Assembly (NCBI GenBank): GCA_963762255.1 | Contig: CAVXKA010000001.1 | Location: 608,001-672,000, forward strand | DNA from: Candidatus Eiseniibacteriota bacterium | GTDB lineage: Bacteria; Eisenbacteria; RBG-16-71-46; JABDJR01 | DNA length: 64,000 nucleotides | Direction: 5' to 3' | Shown: piece after piece, positions 1 to 8,580 of the stretch | How the letters are laid out: every line of letters starts with the position of its first letter | Position numbering within the stretch: the stretch's first letter is position 1 | Made by a program: the position numbers and the translations under genes | Notes under the pieces: generated by a model | Database searches by the model: none | Seen by the model: only the letters and a program-made list of their open reading frames with translations | What the model was told of the DNA's origin: nothing

Positions 1-204
1 TACTCCGCGTGTCATCGGGACACCCCCGCGATCACTTGATCTTTTCGCTCGCCCTCGGCACCGGGCTTCGCCTCGCGGAGATCGTCGGCCTCAACGTGGG
101 CGACGTGTTCACCGCTGACGGCAAGCCGCGCGGTCGCATCAGAGTCAGGCGCGAGATCGCCAAGGGCGGCCGCGCCGGCGACGTGTTCCTGCCGGACGCG
201 CTGA
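1..204 (+). pseudogene. Tyrosine recombinase 5' fragment (copy 1; runs off window start)
   Basis: Encodes [30 protein letters not shown]...EIAKGGRAGDVFLPDAL (box I Arg, catalytic Lys region); similarity to the copy at 4638-5226 stops at ~204. Confidence 0.85.
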
Positions 205-307
205 GGCTACGAGGATGCCTGACGCGGATTAGATCACGCCCGGAGGGGCCGGCGTCTGGGGACCACCGAACTTGTACAAGCCAGAGAATCACCATGGCCG
301 CAAAGTT

Positions 308-1219
308 CTATTCGAGGCCAATCTCCAACTGCTGGTCGCCACCGCTTCTTGCCCGGAAGAGTCCCAATACTCGCTGAGCGTCGGGTTCAGCGACAATGAC
401 GGTCACGACCTTCTTGGGGTCATTGAACATCATGCGCGATTCACCAAAGTAGCGCTGCTCCTCATGATCGATCTTGAGGTTCATCTTCCCGACCGAGCGT
501 CCCTTACTCTCCCAGGCAACCTGTGGTGCCCCTCGATCGCTTGGGCGCCCAGGCAATGCCGCCGGTCGCAGATCCCCTAAGCGCAGCCCGATGTTAGATA
601 CAGCACGACACGGCCAGAGCTCTCCTTCGTCTGCGTCGCCAGCCCGCCATTCCCAGACCACAACTGCGCCATGCCAAATGTCAATTTCGAACACCCTCGC
701 CGCAGCAGCCCAAAAGGAGACCCCGTATAGTCTGGCAAGGTAGTTCAGGTGCCCCCAAGATAGGCCGCCTTCGAGCAACCTACTCCGCCAAGCATCGCGG
801 GGCATCAAGAGCGCAGCCGCAAAGGTATCGCAGAGTCTCTCAACCGAGGTACGTTCGGCCTCACTCTCTAGCAGCCCGTGCTCCATGGCAACAGCGAGCT
901 TTGTAGTTCTTGCTATCTCCAAGTGCCCGATCTCGTGCGCTATGGAGAAACGCCTCCGTGCCGGGCTTGCAGACGAATTGACCACTGCGACATAACCACC
1001 CGCGGATACATTCAGGAGGGCATCGACGTGCAACACTCGGTACTCGACAATCAGTCCTCGTGTCTTCGCGAATGCCTCAACGTCGAGTGCTCTTGTCGAG
1101 TCCCAACCACTCCTAATCGCTTCCGCTAATCTCTCTACGGCCTCTCGCGCATCCACAACACCCATTTCTCTCGCGAGGTTTACGGCGACCCCTGATTGCC
1201 ACACAACGCGTCGCGCCAC
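308..1219 (-). CDS. ImmA/IrrE (DUF955) family metallo-endopeptidase
   Basis: RRRFSIAHEIGH (HExxH) and downstream ERLCDTFAAALLMP; starts 3 bp after the stop of the upstream kinase fusion. Confidence 0.9.
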   Translation of the reverse strand: MARRVVWQSGVAVNLAREMGVVDAREAVERLAEAIRSGWDSTRALDVEAFAKTRGLIVEYRVLHVDALLNVSAGGYVAVVNSSASPARRRFSIAHEIGHLEIARTTKLAVAMEHGLLESEAERTSVERLCDTFAAALLMPRDAWRSRLLEGGLSWGHLNYLARLYGVSFWAAAARVFEIDIWHGAVVVWEWRAGDADEGELWPCRAVSNIGLRLGDLRPAALPGRPSDRGAPQVAWESKGRSVGKMNLKIDHEEQRYFGESRMMFNDPKKVVTVIVAEPDAQRVLGLFRARSGGDQQLEIGLE

Positions 1220-1222
1220 GAC

Positions 1223-3029
1223 CTAGATCTCACTATCAAACAGGGACCCATCCGACGTCCCGCTCCCCAGTTGATCCTGACTAACCCAGTCAATGTAGAG
1301 CTTCTTCCAGGACTCCTCTGACAGAGGAGATGCCGAGTCCCCGCGCGCAGCCGACGCATCAAACGCGGCCCGCAAGTCCTCCCAACCCCGCTTCTTCAAA
1401 TCAGCATAGGCACGATAGGGCAGTTCCTTCCTTCTCGCGAACGCCCTCAAGTGCCTCAGGCTCTCGCGATATGTATTCTCAAAGCGCTGGTCCTTTCCGG
1501 ATTGGTCCCTCAGCAACTCAGCTGGTGCCACGCCCAAACCCTTCGCAACCCGCCGTAGCTGCACCGTTGAAATCGTGGCCAATTGCTCAGGCCGCGTTTC
1601 CACGTTCGCAAGCGAAGCTGCGTCCAAGCCTGAACCGAGGGCCAGCTGCTCCAAGCTCATTTCTTGCTCCTCACGCAGGGATCGAATACGACTTCCAAGC
1701 CTCAAGCTGTACTCGCGCTCTCGCGATCTTCGGGTCAAGTGGAACTTCATACGGTTCTCCTTGAAGAAGGCGTCAAGGTGACACGACAGCTCTTCAAAGG
1801 TGTTGAACTGTATCTCGCCCAAGATCCTCGTCGGCACTCCCCGCAACATGCGGGAGATTGTGACGTGTTCTGAATGCAGAATGACCAAAGGTACGCCTGC
1901 GTTTGCAGCAATCTCTGCCTCAATGCCAACTCCATGACTGGGGTCATCCGCGAAGATGCAGACGAGATCGGAACTTGCAACCCGCTCCCGGTCGATCCAG
2001 TAGACCTCAGTCGGTGTCAAGGATCGAGCTCCGACCGGATGCGTATGCTCACCAGGAACGTAGAGGGCGAAGTCCGCGCCTTCGCATGCTCCTCTAACGA
2101 TTTCCGTCACCTCGACAGCTCGCGTTTCCTGTTCCGGCGTGGACTGCGTCAGAGGACACGCAAAGTACGCCCGGAATGGTACGACGGTTGGAATGGCAGC
2201 CCCTAGCAGATCAAGGCAAGCCAGAGCCGATGCCGGTCGGTCAAGGGAGTTCTTGGACAGCAGAGATTTCGTCATATCCAGGGCAGCAGTCCAAACCGGC
2301 CCCTTCATGCGCAGCTTATCATCAAAGGTGATGGAATGCGCGATCTTCGCGGCATTGATTTGCTCCGAGTCTGTCGCGGCAGCGAATATCTCGGTACCAT
2401 GCAGCAGATAGTAGAGCGTCGCCCCGAAGGAATAGAGATCGGCAGGATATCCATAATGGTCGTGCTCGATGTACTCCGGGGCAGCGTATCGCCTCGTGCC
2501 CACAAACTTGTTGCCAGATTGAGTGACACCCAGGTCTCTAGCGAGCGGATCACCCCGAAATCGAGCAGCCGCAGCCGGCCGGTTGAGTCAATGTGAATGT
2601 TTCTCGGTTTTATATCCCGGTGAAGACGTCCGGTAGAATGCAGGAACTCAATTGCATCGAGTATTTGGGAACAGAACTGGAGGAGGAATTCTTCTGTTGG
2701 CTCGTGGGCTAATCGCCAAGTATGTAGATTGTCACCATCGAGCCATTCCATCACGAGGAACGGCTTGTCGCTCACATCGAGATGATGCACGCGCACGAGA
2801 TTGGGGTGTGACAAGCGAGACCCTGTTTCGAACTCCTCTTCTTGAACCTACTCCACTGAGCTGGTTCAGCAAGAATGGTGTCATTATATATCTTGAGAGC
2901 TAGAAGGCCCCCCGTCTTGGCGAATTGCAGTTCCCGTTTGGCGGCGACCTTCCATACTGCTCCGGCGCCCCCCTCGTCGATCTTGTCCAAGAGATTGAAA
3001 TCAGATAAGGAGATCGCAATCGCTGTCAT
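1223..3029 (-). CDS. Ser/Thr kinase - Rcl/DNPH1-like nucleotide N-glycosidase (NDT fold) - XRE HTH fusion, ~600 aa (two frameshifts, ~2835 and ~2535)
   Basis: ATG at 3029 with GGAGGAGG RBS. Kinase motifs across three frames: IDEGGAGAVW, ALK, HRDIKPRN, DFG, GTRRYAAPE, DLYSFG. Then in one continuous frame: RAYFACPL...YVPGE...DRERVASSDLV...PSHGVGIEAEIA...GVPLVIL and LGSRIRSLREEQEMSLEQLALGSGLDAASLANVE. Confidence 0.8.
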
Positions 3030-3199
3030 TGAAGTCCGCCTCCTCCGGGTTTGACTTGTGGCCGCGCTGCGGTTCTGGTCAACCGGCTCGAGTCTGCCTC
3101 GTCCCCCCTGTCCTCCCGAAAACCCCATCCAACGATTTCACTCGCCAATTCCCTGTTGATTCTACACCCGGACGCTTTGCGGGGTCAGGCCGGCCGATC

Positions 3200-3271
3200 G
3201 CTGAATGAGCGCACCCATGTTCCCCTTGACTCCCTCGCCTCTCAGCTCCCCAATGTCCTCGGAGGTGACCC
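3200..3271 (+). promoter_or_regulatory. Conserved leader/promoter and RBS of recombinase copy 2
   Basis: CTTGAC-TCCCTCGCC...GCTCCCCAATGT...GGAGGT aligns with CTTGAACTCCATCGCC...GCTCCCCAATGT...GGAGGT upstream of copy 3 (4563-4637). Confidence 0.55.
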
Positions 3272-3508
3272 ATGCCGCATCTCTCGCCCGCGACCCTGAC
3301 TCGCTCAGAATAGCAGGCCCTGCTTGAGGTTTCGGCCTCGCATCCTCGGAACCACTTGATCTTCTCACTAGCCACGGGAACCGGACTGAGATTGTCGGAG
3401 ATCGTCGGCCTTAACGTGGGCGACGTGTTCACCAAGGACGGCACGCCTCGAAGCCGCATCCGCCTGCGGAGAGAGATCGCCAAGGGCGGCCGCGCCGGCG
3501 ACGTGTTA
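3272..3508 (+). pseudogene. Tyrosine recombinase 5' fragment (copy 2) with in-frame stop
   Basis: [52 protein letters not shown]...EIAKGGRAGDVL; TAG at 3311; clear similarity ends ~3508, with possibly degenerate similarity to ~3548. Confidence 0.85.
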
Positions 3509-3556
3509 CCCCACGGGCGCATACAGACCAAGTTGCGTAGCCTTCCGGTGCCCCTG

Positions 3557-4417
3557 TCAGCGTCCGCCCCCCTCGTGTTCCTCGAACCAAAGGAGGAATC
3601 TCCTACTCTCCTGCATCGACAGTTGGTTAATCCCTCCCAGCGCCGCAATGCGGCTATTGTAGTGCGGTACCAGAGCCTCCTCCACCTTCCGCACGCCCTT
3701 GCTCATCGCGACGAGGTCAGTACCGAAGGCTCGGATTGCGCTCAGTTTCGCTGCTGCCAAATTGTCCCCAATAAGGGTCTCGGGGAATCTCAGGACCGGG
3801 TCGAGCGCAACCAGGATGTGAGTCCTCAGCAAGTCTTCGGTCTTCCGATTCACACCTCTGTGTACGAACTGGTGGCGGGCATCGGAAAGCTCCGCGGTTG
3901 CCAGGGCTAGCTCACCAAGGGCGTCGCGGATAGCTCCGTCATTTGGACCGAGCCTTTGCTTCATTGACTTGTACGAGCACTGTCGCGGCTCCATGTCTAG
4001 CTGAAGGACTGCACTCGACGCAATGAGCGTCCTGTCCATGCAAGAATGGAGCATCACGGTGCCCGAGTTTAGGCAATCCTGAATGAACGAGACTTCCGTC
4101 CAGCCGACAGATTCAAGCCACTCACCTGGTGGTGGGGCATCCATCGCGCAGACCAGACGCGCGGCGTTCTGAAACACCTTGTGCAAGGGCTCGATCCCGT
4201 TGAAGACATCGAGAACATACTCACAGACTGGCGGAGTACGAAGTGGTTCGTCATCACTGCTCTCGATTCCCCAAGTGCGTAATGTGTGGGCCAATAGGTC
4301 AGGCCAGTTCGCCTGCATCATTGGGCTGTCGGGAAAGAGCCTCCGGGCGGTGACCCGAGCATTCGCGGCGATTCCATTCTCCATGTTCGGCCGGTTCACT
4401 TCTTCGTTCCCGCGCAT
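3557..4417 (-). CDS. HEPN-domain protein, Cthe_2314-like (putative RNase)
   Basis: ATG 4417 with GGAGGA RBS (3' part of track ORF 3557..5017); predicted helical; ARHQFVHRG gives R-x4-H, preceded by SCMDRTL...LQLDM...CSY. Confidence 0.6.
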   Translation of the reverse strand: MRGNEEVNRPNMENGIAANARVTARRLFPDSPMMQANWPDLLAHTLRTWGIESSDDEPLRTPPVCEYVLDVFNGIEPLHKVFQNAARLVCAMDAPPPGEWLESVGWTEVSFIQDCLNSGTVMLHSCMDRTLIASSAVLQLDMEPRQCSYKSMKQRLGPNDGAIRDALGELALATAELSDARHQFVHRGVNRKTEDLLRTHILVALDPVLRFPETLIGDNLAAAKLSAIRAFGTDLVAMSKGVRKVEEALVPHYNSRIAALGGINQLSMQESRRFLLWFEEHEGGGR

Positions 4418-4637
4418 CCTCGATGATCCTCCCCAAGGGAAGCAGTTCAGCGCATGCCCATTGCGCCAAGAAGCGCCTAAGGACCAGCCGGGTTGGGACC
4501 CCGCCTCTATCCCGGATTCTCTCAGACTATGGTCTGTATGATCTTGCCCCAATACGGTCACCTGGTGAGAGCACACTGAAACTTGTGCTTGAACTCCATC
4601 GCCCTTGGCTCCCCAATGTGGTCGGGAGGTTGACGTT

Positions 4638-5226
4638 ATGCCGTACCTGTCGCCGCCGACGTTGACGAAAGCCGAGCAGGAAACCCTACTCCGCGTGTCG
4701 TCTGATCCACCCCCGCGACCACCTGATCTTCTCCCTCGCCCTCGGAACCGGTCTTCGCTTGTCGGAGATCGTCGGCCTCGAACGTGGGCGACGTGTTCAC
4801 CGCGGACGGCACGCCTCGAAGCCGAATCCGGCTCCGCCACGAGATCGCCAAGGGCGGCCGCGCCGGCGACGTGTTCCTGCCGGACGCGCTGGGGCCGAAG
4901 CTCGTGAGGTTCTGGGGGTACAAGGTGCGGTCGGGCGAGTCGCTTGACTGCCAGCCGCGCCGCTCTTCTGCAACCAGTCCGGCCACCGCATCTCCAAACG
5001 CCGCGTCCAGATGGCATTCAAGACCTGGCAGGAGCGCGCGGGGTTCGACCGGATCTACGGGTTTCATGCGTTGCGCCACAGCGGCCGTGACGAATGTGTA
5101 CCGGGCGTCCGCGACCTCTTCCTCGCCCAACGGTTCGCGAGGCACGCGTCGCCGCTGACGACCACCATCTACACGCACATCGGCGACGAAGAACTCATGC
5201 AGGGCGTTCGCACTTTGACCTGCTAG
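4638..5226 (+). CDS. Small tyrosine recombinase/integrase (~195 aa, catalytic domain only; several frameshifts)
   Basis: Joined frames: MPYLSPPTLTKAEQ...[12 protein letters not shown]...AKGG...FHALRHS...AQRFARHASPLTTTIYTH...TC*; R-K-HxxR-H-Y all present. Confidence 0.85.
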
Positions 5227-5240
5227 CCGCCCACGGCCGG

Positions 5241-5249
5241 TGGTAGAAT
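5241..5249 (+). promoter_or_regulatory. Extended -10 promoter element (TGG-TAGAAT)
   Basis: Matches TGnTAnnnT, 15 bp after the recombinase stop; no well-spaced -35. Confidence 0.45.
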
Positions 5250-5253
5250 TCAT

Positions 5254-5355
5254 GGTCCTGAGTGGTGGCGAGCTTCATTGCTGCCCACCGATTCCCCCAG
5301 GTTGGGGCATCACTCGGGAACGCCGGGCCTAGCTCACGCTGGGCCCGTTCGTTTT
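5254..5355 (+). ncRNA. Candidate structured small RNA (three-way junction plus terminator)
   Basis: 12-bp stem TCCTGAGTGGTG (5256-5267) / CATCACTCGGGA (5308-5319) with two G-U pairs encloses two small hairpins; preceded by an extended -10 and followed by a terminator hairpin. Confidence 0.45.
5324..5355 (+). terminator. Intrinsic terminator-like hairpin
   Basis: CGGGCCTAGC-TCAC-GCTGGGCCCG followed by TTCGTTTT. Confidence 0.6.
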
Positions 5356-5367
5356 GCCGGCGACTGG

Positions 5368-5475
5368 CTCATGGCGCAGCGGTTCGCAAGGCGCGCGTCG
5401 CCGCTCACGACCACCATCTACACGAATCCCTCGGACGAGGAGCTGTTCGGCAGGGTGAGGGATCTGGTCTGCTGA
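5368..5475 (+). pseudogene. Tyrosine recombinase 3' fragment (copy 4)
   Basis: LMAQRFARRASPLTTTIYTNPSDEELFGRVRDLVC* parallels LAQRFARHASPLTTTIYTHIGDEELMQGVRTLTC* of copy 3. Confidence 0.85.
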
Positions 5476-5488
5476 TAATCCGTGGCCC

Positions 5489-5824
5489 CTATGAGCGGCC
5501 GGTCTTCTCCTTGTACTGTGCAAGTATCTTGGCGACTTCCGGCTGCACTTGCTCCGCGGGCCAATTCGCCACGACAAAGTCAAGGACGCCAGAGTCCCAG
5601 GCTGAAGTCCCTGGGAAATTCTGCCCGAACAGCAAGTCGAGCTTGATCTCGGCATCCGAAGAGCCGCTTGGAGTAGGCCAGAAGACGATCTTCACTCGCA
5701 CTCCAGGGGAACCACTACTGAATCCTTCAATGGCGACGTGAAACCGTTCGTCGAGCCCATTATCGTGAAGTCGACCTGAGAGAATTCCGTTTGCCTTCGT
5801 CTGTTCCGACGGGTCTGTCATCAT
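5489..5824 (-). CDS. Hypothetical protein (111 aa) downstream of type III mod
   Basis: MMTDPSEQTKANG... with GAGGAG RBS; it is the 3' end of track ORF 5489..6928; no motif recognised. Confidence 0.6.
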   Translation of the reverse strand: MMTDPSEQTKANGILSGRLHDNGLDERFHVAIEGFSSGSPGVRVKIVFWPTPSGSSDAEIKLDLLFGQNFPGTSAWDSGVLDFVVANWPAEQVQPEVAKILAQYKEKTGRS

Positions 5825-5889
5825 CCTTGCTCCTCTCTGGCTCTGGGCGACGCGGGCATGAACAGGCCAGGAGACCGATGCCCAGCTGG

Positions 5890-8561
5890 TCACACCCCAA
5901 ACACCTTCAGCACCTCGTCGCCGTAGTGGTTGATGACCTTCACGGCGATCTTGCCGGTCTCGGGCGGGTCGAACGGGCGGCTCACCGTGCTGTAGAGGGT
6001 CGCCCAGGCGGCCTCGTCGATCTCCGCCCGCAGGGCCCGCTTGAGCTTCTCGTAGGGCTCCTCGGCGCCGGTGAAGTAGGCGTGGCGCACGAAGAAGCTC
6101 TCGCCGTTGTAGTCGGTGTCGATGAACCAGCAGGCGATGTCGTCGGTGGAGGCGCTGCGGATCTGCCCGGTGGTCGGGTCGTAGACGTCCACGCCCTTGA
6201 TCTCGACGACGATCTGTGCCGTCCGCTCTGCGTTCGTGATCTCCACGTCCGGCTCGCCGAAGACCATGAAGAGGTTGCCCGCGCCGGTCTTCTTGAGCAG
6301 CTCGTCGCCCATCGCCAGGTCGGGGTTCATCTTGCGCGGGCAGCACGGTCAGCTTGCCGTAGCGCTTGGCCTCCTCGGCGACGTGCGGGTCGAAGGCGAA
6401 GCCGCAGACGACGAGCAGGTCGAAGCCGACGCCCTGCACCGCTTCCTTGGCCGCTTCCTTCACCTGCTGCGGGCCGACGGTGCCGTGCTCCGGGCCGATG
6501 GAGACGGCCACGCGCCGGGTCTTGCCGTCGGCGTCGGTGTACTCGCCCGCGGCGTGCAGCCACGCCCCGGCGTACGGGTCGAGCCGGTCGAAGGTGAGCC
6601 GCTCGTCCTTGCGGGTGTTCTGCACGCCCGCCTTGCGCAGGTTGTCGAGGATCATGGTGGCGAAGTCCTGGCTGCTGTGCGGGCTTCCTGCTCGGCTCAC
6701 CGTGCCGTCCGTGGTTCTCGTCGGCGGTGGAGAGCACCCGGTGCGGCGAGAGGCTCTCGACCGTGAACGGCCCGCAGACGCGGACGCGCTTGTTGTCCTC
6801 GTAGGGCTGGTCGTAGAGCATCTCGGTCTCGGCGTGGCGGGCGATGGCGGCGTCGATCTCCTGCGCGCGTCATGCCCTTCCTTGATGTCCGGGTTGTTGG
6901 CGATGGACTTGAGCGTGACGTGCGGCACGCGCTTGTAGACGAAGCCCTTGCGGATGTCGCTCGTCGGTCTTGTAGTCGGGCGGCATCTTGCCGGTCAGCT
7001 CCGCTTCCTTCTTGATCCCCTCGGGCGAGTCGGCCAGCAGGTAGTAGGGATACTTGGCGGCCATGAGCCGGGTGCGGGCCAGGGCCAGGGCAACGCGGCT
7101 GGTGTCGCAGGTGATCCAGCGCCGGCCCCACTGCTCGGCGACGTAGGCGGTCGTGCCGCTGCCGCAGGTGGGGTCGAGGACGAGGTCGCCGGGGTCGGTG
7201 GTCATGAGGAGGCAGCGCTCGATGACCTTCGTGTTCGTCTGAACAACGTAGACCTTGTCGATCCGTCGAAGCTGCCCGTCGCGTGTCAGTCCAGACGTTC
7301 GTCAGTCGGCAACGACGGGAAAGTCGTCGAAGTAGCCGCACGTACCGCAAGCGTGTTCTCGCTGACGGCAGCAAGCCGTCCGCGCAGCCGCAAGCCGTGC
7401 CATACCCATCGGTGTCGGTCTTCCAGTAGCTCTGGACCCGGGCGAATACGTCTTGCCCTCGAACTCGAACGGCGAGATCGCTCGCTCGCAGCCGACTGCT
7501 GCGAAGTCAGATCGTCGTGGCGGAACACCGTGCACCCGTCGGGCAAGCGCGCTGGATCCGCTCATCTCTTCGGCGGTCATGCGACGCCGTCGTGCCGTCG
7601 GGCAAGCTCGATCCAGTGTAGTGACCCCGGCGGCTCGTCACCAGCGTCTTTCTCGAATAGAGCTGCCGGTACTTCACTGTCTCACTGGTTCTTCGCGTAC
7701 CAGAGCACGTAGTCGCTCGACGCCGGCGAGCAGATTCGCTCGTCGCACGCCGCTCGTCTTCGCGAACGTGATCATGCGCACAGAAGTTCTCGCTCCCAAA
7801 CACCTCATCCAGCACGCACCGCACCAGATGCACGTTCTCATCGCCGATCTGCACGAAGACGCTGCCCGTCTCGGTGAGCAGCTCGCGCGCCACGACCAGC
7901 CGGTCGCGCAGGTAGGCCAGGTAGGAGTGGATGCCCAGCTTCCAGGTGTCGCGGAAGGCCCGCACCTGCTCCGGCTGGCGGGTGGCGTCCTCGGCCTTGC
8001 CGTCCTTCACGTCGCGCTTGCGCGTGCTGACCTGCCAGTTGGAGCCGAACTTGATGCCGTAGGGCGGGTCGATGTAGATCATCTGGACCTTGCCCTTGAG
8101 CCCTTCCTTCTCGGCCAGCGAGGTCATCACCAGCAGCGAGTCGCCCAGGATCATCCGGTTCGCCCAGTTCTGCTCGTGCTGGTAGAAGTCGACCTTCTGG
8201 TCGAAGTCGTCGGACCGCCGTTGAAGTCGGCGAAGAGCGTCGAGCTGCGGCGCTCCGGCTCGCCGGCCCTTGCGCGCGGCTGCGCCAGCAGGTCCTCGAT
8301 GATCGCCTGCGGGTGGATCTTCTCCTGGATGTAGATCGGCACGACGGGCACGGCGAGGTCCTGCGCGGTCCTGCTCGTCCTTGCCCTTCCAGACGAGTTG
8401 CGGGTCGAGCGACGGGTCGCGCGGGTAGAGCATCGTCTTCGGGCGCGCTTCTCGTCCTCGGCCACGAAGTCGCGCAGCTCCTCGGTCGGGATGTTCGCGC
8501 GCTTGTCCTTGTGGCGGATGGACTCGACCGGCGTCGGGCTGGCGGTCTTCTTCTTAGCCAT
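5890..8561 (-). CDS. mod: Type III R-M adenine DNA methyltransferase (Mod), multiple frameshifts
   Basis: MAKKK...[40 protein letters not shown] (DPPY), [12 protein letters not shown]-terminal [17 protein letters not shown], spread over several frames. Confidence 0.9.
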
Positions 8562-8580
8562 GCATGCACGTCTCCTCCGT

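Noticed and set aside
3557-5017. 486-aa ORF as one protein
   Set aside because: The 5' 200 codons are the antisense shadow of the integrase; the RBS-supported start is 4417.
5256-5319. tRNA (e.g. tRNA-Sec) or tRNA fragment as an integration site
   Set aside because: Only two internal arms, no T-loop GTTCRA and no CCA end.
5489-6928. 479-aa ORF as one protein
   Set aside because: It is a chimera of a mod frame segment, off-frame sequence and a separate 111-aa gene.
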